This document shows, in pieces, positions 1-12,100 of a DNA stretch of 64,000 nt. This DNA is from Eledone cirrhosa (taxonomy: Eukaryota), in the NCBI GenBank assembly GCA_964016885.1, contig OZ024766.1, positions 14,694,001-14,758,000 of the forward strand. Direction: 5' to 3'. A program made the position numbers and the translations under genes. How positions within the stretch are numbered: position 1 is the first letter of the stretch; each line of letters begins with the position of its first letter. The notes below the pieces were generated by a model, which was not told where the DNA came from, ran no database searches, and saw only the letters and a program-made list of their open reading frames with translations.

Positions 1-3000
1 TATAAGAGGGATAAGTTGTAGTGTGTGGGAGAGAAGACTGAGATGGTATGGACATGTGATGAGTTGAGAGAGAAACAGGGTATAAGAGGGATAAGTTGTA
101 GTGTGTGGGAGAGGAGACCGAGATGGTATGGACATGTGATGTGTTGAGAGAGAAACTGTGTATAAGAGGGATAAGTTGTAGTGTGTGGGAGAGAAGACTG
201 AGATGGTATGGACATGTGATGAGTTGAGAGAGAAACTGTGTATAAGAGGGATAAGTTGTGGTGTGTGGGAGAGAAGACTGAGGTGGTATGGACATGTGAT
301 GAGTTGAGAGAGAAACTGTGTATAAGAGGGATAAGTTGTAGTGTGTGGGAGAGAAGACTGAGATGGTATGGACATGTGATGTGTTGAGAGAGAAACTGTG
401 TATAAGAGGGATAAGATGTAGTGTGTGGGAGAGAAGACTGAGATGGTATGGACATGTGATGAGTTGAGAGAGAAACTGTGTATAAGAGGGATAAGTTGTG
501 GTGTGTGGGAGAGAAGACTGAGATGGTATGGACATGTGATGAGTTGAGAGAGAAACTGTGTATAAGAGGGATATGTTGTAGTGTGTGGGTGAGAAGACTG
601 AGATGGTATGGACATGTGATGTGCTGAGAGAGAAACTGTGTATAAGAGGGATAAACTGTAGTGTGTGGCCGAGAAGACTGAGATGGTATGGAGATGTGAT
701 GTGTTGAGAGGGAAACTGGGTATAAGAGGGATAAGCTGTGGTGTGTGGGAGAGAAGACTGAGATGGTATGGACATGTGATGTGTTGAGAGAGAAACTGTG
801 TATAAGAGGGATAAGTTGTGGTGTGTGGGAGAGAAGACTGAGATGGTATGGACATGTGATGTGTTGAGAGAGAAACTGTGTATAAGAGGGATAAGTTGTA
901 GTGTGTGGGAGAGAAGACTGAGATGGTATGGACATGTGATGTGTTGAGAGAGAAACTGTGTATAAGAGGGATAAGTTGTAGTGTGTGGGAGAGAAGACTG
1001 AGATGGTATGGACATGTGATGTGTTGAGAGAGAAACTGTGTATAAGAGGGATAAGTTGTAGTGTGTGGGAGAGAAAATTGAGATGGTATGGACATGTGAT
1101 GTGTTGAGAGAGAAACTGGGTATAAGAGGGATAAGTTGTAGTGAGTGGGAGAGAAGACTGAGATGGTATGGACATGTGATGCGTTGAGAGAGAAACTGTG
1201 TATAAGAGGGATAAGTTGTGGTGTGTGGGAGAGAAGACTGAGATGGTATGGACATGTGATGTGTTGAGAGAGAAACTGTGTATAAGAGGGATAAGTTGTA
1301 GTGTGTGGGAGAGAAGACAGATGGTATGGACATATGATGAGTTGAGAGAGAAACTGGGTATAAGAGGGATAAGTTGTAGTGTGTGGGAGAGGGTTGAGAT
1401 GGTATGGACATGTGATGAGTTGAGAGAGAAATTGTGTATAAGAGGGATAAGTTGAAGTGTGTGGGAGAGAAGACTGAGATGGTATGGACATGTGATGTGT
1501 TGAGAGAGAAACTGTGTATAAGAGGGATAAGTTGTGGTGTGTGGGAGAGAAGACTGAGGTGGTATGGACATGTGATGAGTTGAGAGAGAAACTGTGTATA
1601 AGAGGGATAAGTTGTAGTGTGTGGGAGAGAAGACTGAGATGGTATGGACATGTGATGTGTTGAGAGAGAAACTGTGTATAAGCGGGATAAGTTGTGGTGT
1701 GTGGGAGAGAAGACTGAGATGGTATGGACATGTGATGTGTTGAGAGATTAACTGTGTATAAGAGGGATAAGTTGTGGTGTGTGGGAGAGGAGACTGAGAT
1801 GGTATGGACATGTGATGTGATGAGAGAGAAACTGTGTATAAGAGGGATAAGTTGTAGTGTGTGGGAGAGAAGACTGAGATGGTATGGACATGTGATGAGT
1901 TGAGAGAGAAACAGGGTATAAGAGGGATAAGTTGTAGTGTGTGGGAGAGGAGACCGAGATGGTATGGACATGTGATGTGTTGAGAGAGGAACTTTGTATA
2001 AGAGGGATAAGTTGTGGTGTGTGGGAGAGAAGACTGAGATGGTATGGACATGTGATGTGTTGAGAGAGAAACTGTGTATAAGAGGGATAAGTTGTAGTGT
2101 GTGGGAGAGAAGACTGAGATGGTATGGAGATGTGATATGTTGAGAGAGAAACTGTGTATAAGAGGGATAAGTTGTAGTGTGTGGGAGAGAAGACTGAGAT
2201 GGTATGGACATGTGATGAGTTGAGAGAGAAACTGGGTATAAGAGGGATAAGTTGTAGTGTGTGGGAGAGGGTTGAGATGGTATGGACATGTGATGAGTTG
2301 AGAGAGAAACTGTGTATAAGAGGGATAAGTTGTGGTGTGTGGGAGAGAAGACTGAGGTGGTATGGACATGTGATGAGTTGAGAGAGAAACTGTGTATAAG
2401 AGGGATAAGTTGTAGTGTGTGGGAGAGAAGACTGAGATGGTATGGACATGTGATGAGTTGAGAGAGAAACTGGGTATAAGAGGGATAAGTTGTAGTGTGT
2501 GGGAGAGGGTTGAGATGGTATGGACATGTGATGAGTTGAGAGAGAAACTGTGTATAAGAGGGATAAGTTGTAGTGTGTGGGAGAGAAGACTGAGATGGTA
2601 TGGACATGTGATGTGTTGAGAGAGAAACTGTGTATAAGAGGGATAAGTTGTGGTGTGTGGGAGAGAAGACTGAGATGGTATGGACATGTGATGTGTTGAG
2701 AGAGAAACTGTGTATAAGAGGGATAAGTTGTAGTGTGTGGGAGAGAAGACTGAGATGGTATGGACATGTGATGAGTTGAGAGAGAAACTGTGTATAAGAG
2801 GGATAAGTTGTGGTGTGTGGGAGAGAAGACTGAGGTGGTATGGACATGTGATGAGTTGAGAGAGAAACTGTGTATAAGAGGGATAAGTTGTAGTGTGTGG
2901 GAGAGAAGACTGAGATGGTATGGACATGTGATGTGTTGAGAGAGAAACTGTGTATAAGAGGGATAAGATGTAGTGTGTGGGAGAGAAGACTGAGATGGTA

Positions 3001-4836
3001 TGGACATGTGATGAGTTGAGAGAGAAACTGTGTATAAGAGGGATAAGTTGTGGTGTGTGGGAGAGAAGACTGAGATGGTATGGACATGTGATGAGTTGAG
3101 AGAGAAACTGTGTATAAGAGGGATATGTTGTAGTGTGTGGGTGAGAAGACTGAGATGGTATGGACATGTGATGTGCTGAGAGAGAAACTGTGTATAAGAG
3201 GGATAAACTGTAGTGTGTGGCCGAGAAGACTGAGATGGTATGGAGATGTGATGTGTTGAGAGGGAAACTGGGTATAAGAGGGATAAGCTGTGGTGTGTGG
3301 GAGAGAAGACTGAGATGGTATGGACATGTGATGTGTTGAGAGAGAAACTGTGTATAAGAGGGATAAGTTGTGGTGTGTGGGAGAGAAGACTGAGATGGTA
3401 TGGACATGTGATATGTTGAGAGAGAAACTGTGTATAAGAGGGATAAGTTGTAGTGTGTGGGAGAGAAGACTGAGATGGTATGGACATGTGATGAGTTGAG
3501 AAAGAAACTGTGTATAAGAGGGATAAGTTGTGGTGTGTGGGAGAGAAGACTGAGATGGTATGGACATGTGATGAGTTGAGAGAGAAACTGTGTATAAGAG
3601 GGATAAGTTGTAGTGCGTGGGAGAGAAGACTGAGATGGTATGGACATGTGATGTGTTGAGAGAGAAACTGTGTATAAGAGGGATAAGTTGTAGTGTGTGG
3701 GAGAGAAGACTGAGATGGTATGGACATGTGATGTGTTGAGAGAGAAACTGTGTATAAGAGGCATAAGTTGTAGTGTGTGGGAGAGAAGACTGAGATGGTA
3801 TGGACATGTGATGTGTTGAGAGAGAAACTGTGTATAAGAGGGATAAGTTGTAGTGTGTGGGAGAGAAGACTGAGATGGTGTGGACATGTGATGAGTTGAG
3901 AGAGAAACTGTGTACAAGGGGGATAAGTTGTGGTGTGTGGGAGAGAAGACTGAGATGGTATGGACATGTGATATGTTGAGAGAGAAACTGTGTATAAGAA
4001 AGATAAGTTGTAGTGTGTGGGAGAGGGCTGAGATGGTATGGACATGTGATGAGTTGAGAGAGAAACTGTGTATAAGAGGGATGTTGTAGTGTGTGGGAGA
4101 GAAGACTGAGATGGTATGGACATGTGATGAGTTGAGAGAGAAACTGTGTATAAGAGGGATAAGTTGTGGTGTGTGGGAGAGTGTTGAGATGGTATGGACA
4201 TGTGATGAGTTGAGAGAGAAACTGTGTATAAGAGGGATAAGTTGTAGAGTGTGGGAGAGGGTTGAGATGGTATGGACATGTGATGAGTTGAGAGAGAAAC
4301 TGTGTATAAGAGGGATAAGTTGTAGTGTGTGGGAGAGAAGACTGAGATGGTATGGACATGTGATATGTTGAGAGAGAAACTGTGTATAAGAGGGATAAGT
4401 TGTAGTGTGTGGGAGAGAAGACTGAGATGGTATGGACATGTGATGAGTTGAGAGAGAAACTGTGTATAAGAGGGATAAGTTGTGGTGTGTGGGAGAGGGT
4501 TGAGATGGTATGGACATGTGATGAGTTGAGGGAGAAACTGTGTCTGAGAGGGATAAGTTGTAGTGTGTGGGAGAGGGCTGAGATGGTATGGACATGTGAT
4601 GAGTTGAGAGAGAAACTGGGTATAAGAGGGATAAGTTGTAGTGTGTGGAAGAGGGCTGAGATGGTATGGACATGTGATGAGTTGAGGGAGAAACTGTGTC
4701 TGAGAGGGATAAGTTGTAGTGTGTGGGAGAGGGCTGAGATGGTATGGACATGTGATGAGTTGAGGGAGAAACTGTGTCTGAGAGGGATAGAATGTAGTGT
4801 ATGGGAGAGAAGACTGAGGTGGTATGGACATGTGAT
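1..4836 (+). repeat. Tandem array of an 80-bp unit (78-bp variants, about 60 copies) derived from the RTE-clade LINE ORF C-terminus; open at the window's left edge
   Basis: tataagaggg recurs at 1, 81, 161, 241 and so on. The unit encodes ELREKLGIRGISCSVWERRLRWYGHVM and runs directly into unique RTE 3' sequence. Confidence 0.95.
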
Positions 4837-5069
4837 GCACATGGAGGATGACCGATGGGTGAAGAAGTGCCAGGAATTGCCAGTTGAAGGAAGACGTGGT
4901 AGAGGCAGTCCACGAAAAACATGGGCGGAGGTGGTGAGAACAGACCTCAGATCGCTGAAGTTCACGGTGGAGATGACGAAGTTCCGTGACAAGTGGAGTG
5001 ATGCTGTGCTGAATAGGACCTGTCCCACCCTTGCAAGCAGGGAAAAGCGGACGTAAGATGATGATGATG
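4750..5069 (+). mobile_element. 3' end of an RTE-clade LINE with a (GAT)n tail
   Basis: Peptide RRLRWYGHVMHMEDDRWVKKCQELPVEGRRGRGSPRKTWAEVVRTDL is the typical RTE/BovB-like C-terminus. Stop at 5054-5056 is followed by gatgatgatgatg. Confidence 0.9.
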
Positions 5070-5368
5070 TTGATTACATTGGCCATTGCTGGCATTCTTC
5101 TCATCAATAACAAATTAACCATCAAACAACACTTGAAAGTGGTTTATAAAATTTATAAATTTTAAATCTCAATTTAATTCCAAAGACAGGAAACTCGAAC
5201 ATTTTTCTCTGAGAGTTCCATTCCACCCTGAAGAAGGGATTTTAAAACCCAAAATATTAGGACAAAAAACAACAGCAACAACAAAACAAAGATAACCAGG
5301 TAACTTACTTTTTCATTACCTTCATCTGACAGTCTATTTTACATTGTTTAACCTTATATCACTTGCCC

Positions 5369-5732
5369 CATTATATATTATATATAATTGTTTCTACTTT
5401 TGGCACAAGGCCAGCAATTACCCAGTGCATTACTGGTACTTTATTTTATCGACCCTGTAAGGATGAAAGGCAAAGTTAACCTCGGCGGGATTTGAACTCA
5501 GAATGGCAAGGGCCGTAACTCTATGCGTCAAAGCATGGCGTCCGACCCTCTACCGATACTACCAAGCCACCGCCATTATAGGATGCTTTGACGCATAGAG
5601 TTACCTCCCTTTACGGTCCGAGTACAAATGCTGCCGAGGTTAACTTTGTCGATAAAATAAAGTACCAGTAATGCACTGGGTAATTGCTGGCCTTGTGCCA
5701 AAAGTAGAAACAATTATATATAATATATAATG
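5369..5732. mobile_element. Head-to-head pair of tRNA-derived SINEs (minus copy about 5385-5575, deleted plus copy about 5582-5716) forming an inverted repeat
   Basis: Both match the intact SINE at 37330-37516 (gagttcaaatcccgccgagg...gcctttcatccttacggggtcgataaaataaagtaccag). 85-bp perfect inverted arms at 5369-5453 and 5648-5732. Confidence 0.85.
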
Positions 5733-5837
5733 CTTCAAGCAAACTGCAATATTTTAATATTTAAATAATATTAACTTCTTAACATCCTGTAATGATTTAG
5801 CAGAAAATATCTCAAAATAGGTTTGTTAATTCAAATA

Positions 5838-7057
5838 TTTATAGTATCTTTACTGGTGGACAGATTGTTGTGAATATTTACAGTATTACAGTAAAGACTT
5901 TAATATTTAATGTGATGTAGTCATAGTGTTGTTTTGTACTAAATGTTTATAGTATCTTTACTGGTGGACAGATTGATGTGAATATTTATAGTATTACAGT
6001 AAAGACTTTAATAGTTAATGTGATGTAGTCATAGTGTTGTTTTGTACTAAATGTTTATAGTATCTTTACTGGTGGACAGATTGTTGTGAATATTTACAGT
6101 ATTACAGTAAAGACTTTAATATTTAATGTGATGTAGTCATAGTGTTGTTTTGTACTAAATGTTTATAGTATCTTTACTGGTGGACAGATTGTTGTGAATA
6201 TTTACAGTATTACAGTAAAGACTTTAATATTTAATGTGATGTAGTCATAGTGTTGTTTTGTACTAAATGTTTATAGTATCTTTACTGGTGGACAGATTGT
6301 TGTGAATATTTACAGTATTACAGTAAAGACTTTAATATTTAATGTGATGTAGTCATAGTGTTGTTTTGTACTAAATGTTTATAGTATCTTTACTGGTGGA
6401 CAGATTGTTGTGAATATTTACAGTATTACAGTAAAGACTTTAATACTTAATGTGATGTAGTCATAGTGTTGTTTTGTACTAAATGTTTATAGTATCTTTA
6501 CTGGTAGACAGATTGTTGTGAATATTTACAGTATTACAGTAAAGACTTTAATATTTAATGTGATGTAGTCATAGTGTTGTTTTGTACTAAATGTTTATAG
6601 TATCTTTACTGGTGGACAGATTGTTGTGAGAATTTACAGTATTACAGTAAAGACTTTAATATATAATGTGATGTAGTCATAGTGTTGTTTGGTACTAAAT
6701 GTTTATAGTATCTTTACTGGTGGACAGATTGTTGTGAATATTTACAGTATTACAGTAAAGACTTTAATATTTAATGTGATGTAGTCATAGTGTTGTTTTG
6801 TACTAAATGTTTATAGTATCTTTACTGGTAGACAGATTGTTGTGAATATTTACAGTATTACAGTAAAGACTTTAATATTTAATGTGATGTAGTCATAGTG
6901 CTGTTTTATACTAAATGTTTATAGTATCTTTACTGGTGGACAGATTGTTGTGAATATTTACAGTATTACAGTAAAGACTTTAATATTTAATGTGATGTAG
7001 TCATAGTGTTGTTTTGTACTAAATGTTTATAGTATCTTTACTGGTGGACAGATTGTT
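5838..7057. repeat. 108-bp AT-rich tandem repeat, about 11 copies
   Basis: atagtatctttactggtggacag recurs at 5841, 5949, 6057 and so on. Confidence 0.95.
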
Positions 7058-7146
7058 GCCTTTCATCCTTACGGGGTCGATAAAATAAAGTACCAGTAAT
7101 ACACTGGGATAATTGCTGGCCTTGTGCCAAACATAGAAACAATTAT
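7058..7146 (+). mobile_element. SINE 3' half
   Basis: gcctttcatccttacggggtcgataaaataaagtaccagtaatacactgg...gaaacaatta, same family as 37330-37516. Confidence 0.85.
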
Positions 7147-7222
7147 TACTATTTAAATATTAAAAAGGAAAACAAGAAATACAAACTGTATGTTTGGTTG
7201 ACAGCATCACAACATAACTTAC

Positions 7223-7325
7223 CAGGTATTTGGTCTTGCAGCAATGTCTCTGCAGCAGGATTTGAAGCTTGTGATACTGAGTTGGATATGAGGACAGCTT
7301 GAGGTGAAATGCCTTGAAGCACACC
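7223..7325 (-). CDS. TERT: TERT internal exon (103 nt), C-terminal extension: (W)VCFKAFHLKLSSYPTQYHKLQILLQRHCCKTKYL
   Basis: Minus strand shows a polypyrimidine tract ctctccttccattctttcccatatctag|G and a donor CTG|gtaagt. Phase is compatible with exon 27408-27463. The peptide resembles human TERT [22 protein letters not shown] (recalled sequence). Confidence 0.85.
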
Positions 7326-7400
7326 CTAGATATGGGAAAGAATGGAAGGAGAGACATGTTTGAAGGAGACCCTGATATACTTAACATGTATTTGTCTGTT

Positions 7401-9125
7401 TCATCACAGACCAAGTCAGTCCTCAAGCAGAGCTACTGACCTCTAAGAGAGGTCATCACAGACCAAGTCAGACCTAAAGCAGAGCTACAGACCTCTATGA
7501 CAGGTCATCACAGACCAAGTCAGTCCTCAAGCAGAGCTACTGACCTCTAAGACAGGTCATCACAGACCAAGTCAGTCCTCAAGCAGAGCTACTGACCTCT
7601 AAGAGAGGTCATCAAGGACCAAGTCAGTCCTCAAGCAGAGCTACTGACCTCTAAGAGAGGTCATCAAGGACCAAGTCAGTCCTCAAGCAGAGCTACTGAC
7701 CTCTAAGACAGGTCATCACAGACCAAGTCAGTCCTCAAGCAGAGCTACTGACCTCTATGACAGGTCATCACAGACCAAATCAGTCCTCAAGCAGAGCTAC
7801 TGACCTCTATGACGGGTCATCACAGACCAAGTCAGTCCTCAAGCAGAGCTACTGACCTCTAAGAGAGGTCATCAAGGACCAAGTCAGTCCTCAAGCAGAG
7901 CTACTGACCTCTAAGACAGGTCATCACAGACCAAGTCAGTCCTCAAGCAGAGCTACTGACCTCTATGACAGGTCATCAAGGACCAAGTCAGTCCTCAAGC
8001 AGAGCTACTGACCTCTAAGACAGGTCATCAAGGACCAAGTCAGTCCTCAAGCAGAGCTACTGACCTCTAAGACAGGTCATCACAGACCAAGTCAGTCCTC
8101 AAGCAGAGCTACTGACCTCTATGACAGGTCATCAAGGACCAAGTCAGTCCTCAAGCAGAGCTACTGACCTCTAAGACAGGTCATCAAGGACCAAGTCAGT
8201 CCTCAAGCAGAGCTACTGACCTCTAAGACAGGTCATCACAGACCAAGTCAGTCCTCAAGCAGAGCTACTGACCTCTAAGAGAGGTCATCAAGGACCAAGT
8301 CAGTCCTCAAGCAGAGCTACTGACCTCTAAGACAGGTCATCACAGACCAAGTCAGTCCTCAAGCAGAGCTACTGACCTCTAAGAGAGGTCATCAAGGACC
8401 TAGTCAGTCCTCAAGCAGAGCTACTGACCTCTATGACAGGTCATCAAGGACCAAGTCAGTCCTAGAGCAGAGCTACTGACCTCTAAGAGAGGTCATCAGA
8501 CCAAGTCAGTCCTCAAGTAGAGCTACTGACCTCTAAGACAGGTCATCACAGACCAAGTCAGTCCTCAAGCAGAGCTACTGACCTCTAAGAGAGGTCATCA
8601 AGGACCAAGTCAGTCCTCAAGCAGAGCTACTGACCTCTAAGAGAGGTCATCAAGGACCAAGTCAGTCCTCAAGTAGAGCTACTGACCTCTATGACAGGTC
8701 ATCAAGGACCAAGTCAGTCCTCAAGCAGAGCTACTGACCTCTAAGACAGGTCATCACAGACCAAGTCAGTCCTCAAGCAGAGCTACTGACCTGTAAGAGA
8801 GGTCATCAAGGACCAAGTCAGTCCTCAAGCAGAGCTACTGACCTCTAAGACAGGTCATCACAGACCAAGTCAGTCCTCAAGCAGAGCTACTGACCTCTAA
8901 GAGAGGTCATCAAGGACCAAGTCAGTCCTCAAGCAGAGCTACTGACCTCTAAGAGAGGTCATCAAGGACCAAGTCAGTCCTCAAGCAGAGCTACTGACCT
9001 CTAAGACAGGTCATCACAGACCAAGTCAGTCCTCAAGCAGAGCTACTGACCTCTATGAGAAGTCATCAAGGACCAAGTCAGTCCTCAAGCAGAGCTACTG
9101 ACCTCTATGACAGGTCATCACAGAC
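7401..9125. repeat. 52-bp satellite (tcatcacagaccaagtcagtcctcaagcagagctactgacctctaagacagg), about 33 copies
   Basis: Period 52 (7401, 7453 and so on). Related to the adjoining 49-bp satellite. Confidence 0.95.
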
Positions 9126-12100
9126 CAGGTCACTACTGAGAGAGTACTGACCTCTCGGACAGGTCATCACAGACCAGGTCACTACTCAGAGAGAGTCACT
9201 GACCTCTCAGACAGGTCATCACAGACCAGGTCACTACTCAGAGAGTACTGACCTCTCGGACAGGTCATCATAGACCAGGTCACTACTCAGAGTACTGACC
9301 TCTCGGACAGGTCATCACAGACCAGGTCACTACTCAGAGAGTACTGACCTCTCAGACAGGTCATCACAGACCAGGTCACTACTCAGAGAGAGTACTGACC
9401 TCTCAGACAGGTCATCACAGACCAGGTCACTACTCAGAGAGTACTGACCTCTCAGACAGGTCATCACAGACCAGGTCACTACTCAGAGAGAGCCACTGAC
9501 CTCTCAGACAGGTCATCACAGACCAGGTCAGTACTCAGAGAGTACTGACCTCTCGGACAGGTCATCACAGACCAGGTCACTACTCAGAGTACTGACCTCT
9601 CGGACAGGTCATCACAGACCAGGTCAGTACTCAGAGAGAGGCACTGACCTCTCGGACAGGTTATCACAGACCAGGTCACTACTGAGAGAGTACTGACCTC
9701 TCGGACAGGTCATCACAGACCAGGTCACTACTCAGAGAGTACTGACCTCTCGGACAGGTCATCACAGACCAGGTCACTCCTCAGAGAGTACTGACCTCTC
9801 GGACAGGTCATCACAGACCAGGTCACTACTCGGAGAATACTGACCTCTCTGACAGGTCATCACAGACCAGGTCACTACTCAGAGAGCCACTGACCTCTCA
9901 GACAGGTCATCACAGACCAGGTCAGTACTCAGAGAGAGGCACTGACCTCTCGGACAGGTCATCACAGACCAGGTCACTACTCAGAGAGTACTGACCTCTC
10001 GGACAGGTCATCACAGACCAGGTCACTACTCAGAGAGAGCCACTGACCTCACAGACAGGTCATCACAGACCAGGTCAGTACTCAGAGAGAGGCACTGACC
10101 TCTCGGACAGGTCATCGCTGACCAGGTCACTACTCAGAGAGTACTGACCTCTCGGACAGGTCATCACAGACCAGGTCACAACTCAGAGAGTACTGACCTC
10201 TCGGACAGGTCATCACAGACCAGGTCACTACTCAGAGAGAGCCACTGACCTCTCAGACAGGTCATCACAGACCAGGTCACTACTCAGAGAGTACTGACCT
10301 CTCGGACAGGTCATCACAGACCAGGTCACTACTCAGAGAGAGCCACTGACCTCTCAGACAGGTCATCACAGACCAGGTCAGTACGCAGAGAGAGCCACTG
10401 ACCTCTCGGACAGGTCATCACAGACCAGGTCACTACTCAGAGAGAGTTACTGACCTCTCATACAGGTCATCACAGACCAGGTCACTACTCAGAGAGTACT
10501 GACCTCTCGGACAGGTCATCACAGACCAGGTCACTACTCAGAGAGAGCCACTGACCTCTCGGAGAGGTCATCACAGACCAGGTCACTACTCAGAGAGTAC
10601 TGACCTCTCGGACAGGTCATCACAGACCAGGTCAGTACTCAGAGAGAGTACTGACCTCTCGGACAGGTCATCACAGACCAGGTCACTACTCAGAGAGAGT
10701 CACTGACCTCTCGGACAGGTCATTACAGACCAGGTCACTACTCAGAGAGTACTGACCTCTCGGACAGGTCATCACAGACCAGGTCACTACTCAGAGAGAG
10801 TCACTGACCTCTCGGACAGGTCATCACAGACCAGGTCACTACTGTGAGAGTACTGACCTCTCATACAGGTCATCACAGACCAGGTCACTACTCAGAGAGA
10901 GTCACTGACCTCTCAGACAGGTCATCACAGACCAGGTCACTACTCAGAGAGTACTGACCTCTCGGACAGGTCATCACAGACCAGGTCAGTACTCAGAGAG
11001 TACTGACCTCTCGGACAGGTCATCACAGATCAGGTCAGTACTCAGAGAGTACTGACCTCTCGGACAGGTCATCACAGACCAGGTCAGTACTCAGGGAGTA
11101 CTGACCTCTCGGACAGGTCATCACAGACCAGGTCAGTACTCAGAGAGTACTGACCTCTCGGACAGGTCATCACAGACCAGGTCACTACTCAGAGAGTACT
11201 GACCTCTCGGACAGGTCATCACAGACCAGGTCACTACTCAGAGAGAGCCACTGACCTCTCGGACAGGTCATCACAGAGCAGGTCACTACTCAGAGAGTAC
11301 TGACCTCTCGGACAGGTCATCACAGACCAGGTCACTACTCAGAGAGTACTGACCTCTCGGACAGGTCATCACAGACCAGGTCACTACACAGAGAGTACTG
11401 ACCTCTCGGACAGGTCATCACAGACCAGGTCAGTACTCAGAGAGTACTGACCTCTCGGACAGGTCATCACAGACCAGGTCACTACTCAGAGTACTGACCT
11501 CTCGGACAGGTCATCACAGACCAGGTCACTACTCAGAGTACTGACCTCTCGGACAGGTCATCACAGACCAGGTCAGTACTCAGAGAGAGGCACTGACCTC
11601 TCGGACAGGTTATCACAGACCAGGTCACTACTCAGAGAGTACTGACCTCTCGGACAGATCACAGACCAGGTCACTACTCAGAGAGTACTGACCTCTCGGA
11701 CAGGTCATCACAGACCAGGTCACTACTCAGAGAGAGGCACTGACCTCTCGGACAGGTCATCACAGACCAGGTCACTACTCAGAGAGTACTGACCTCACGG
11801 ACAGGTCATCACAGACCAGGTCACTACTCAGAGAGTACTGACCTCTCATACAGGTCATCACAGACCAGGTCACTACTCAGAGAGTACTGACCTCTCGGAC
11901 AGGTCATCACAGACCAGGTCACTACTCAGAGAGCACTGACCTCTCGGACAGGTCATCACAGACCAGGTCACTACTCAGAGAGTACTGACCTCTCGGACAG
12001 GTCATCACAGACCAGGTCACTACTCAGAGAGTACTGACCTCTCGGACAGGTCATCACAGACCAGGTCACTAAGAGAGTACTGACCTCTCGGACAGGTCAT

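Noticed and set aside
1748-5125. 1125-aa minus-strand ORF
   Set aside because: It is the antisense reading of the 80-bp RTE-derived array, which simply lacks stop codons. No domain is recognisable.
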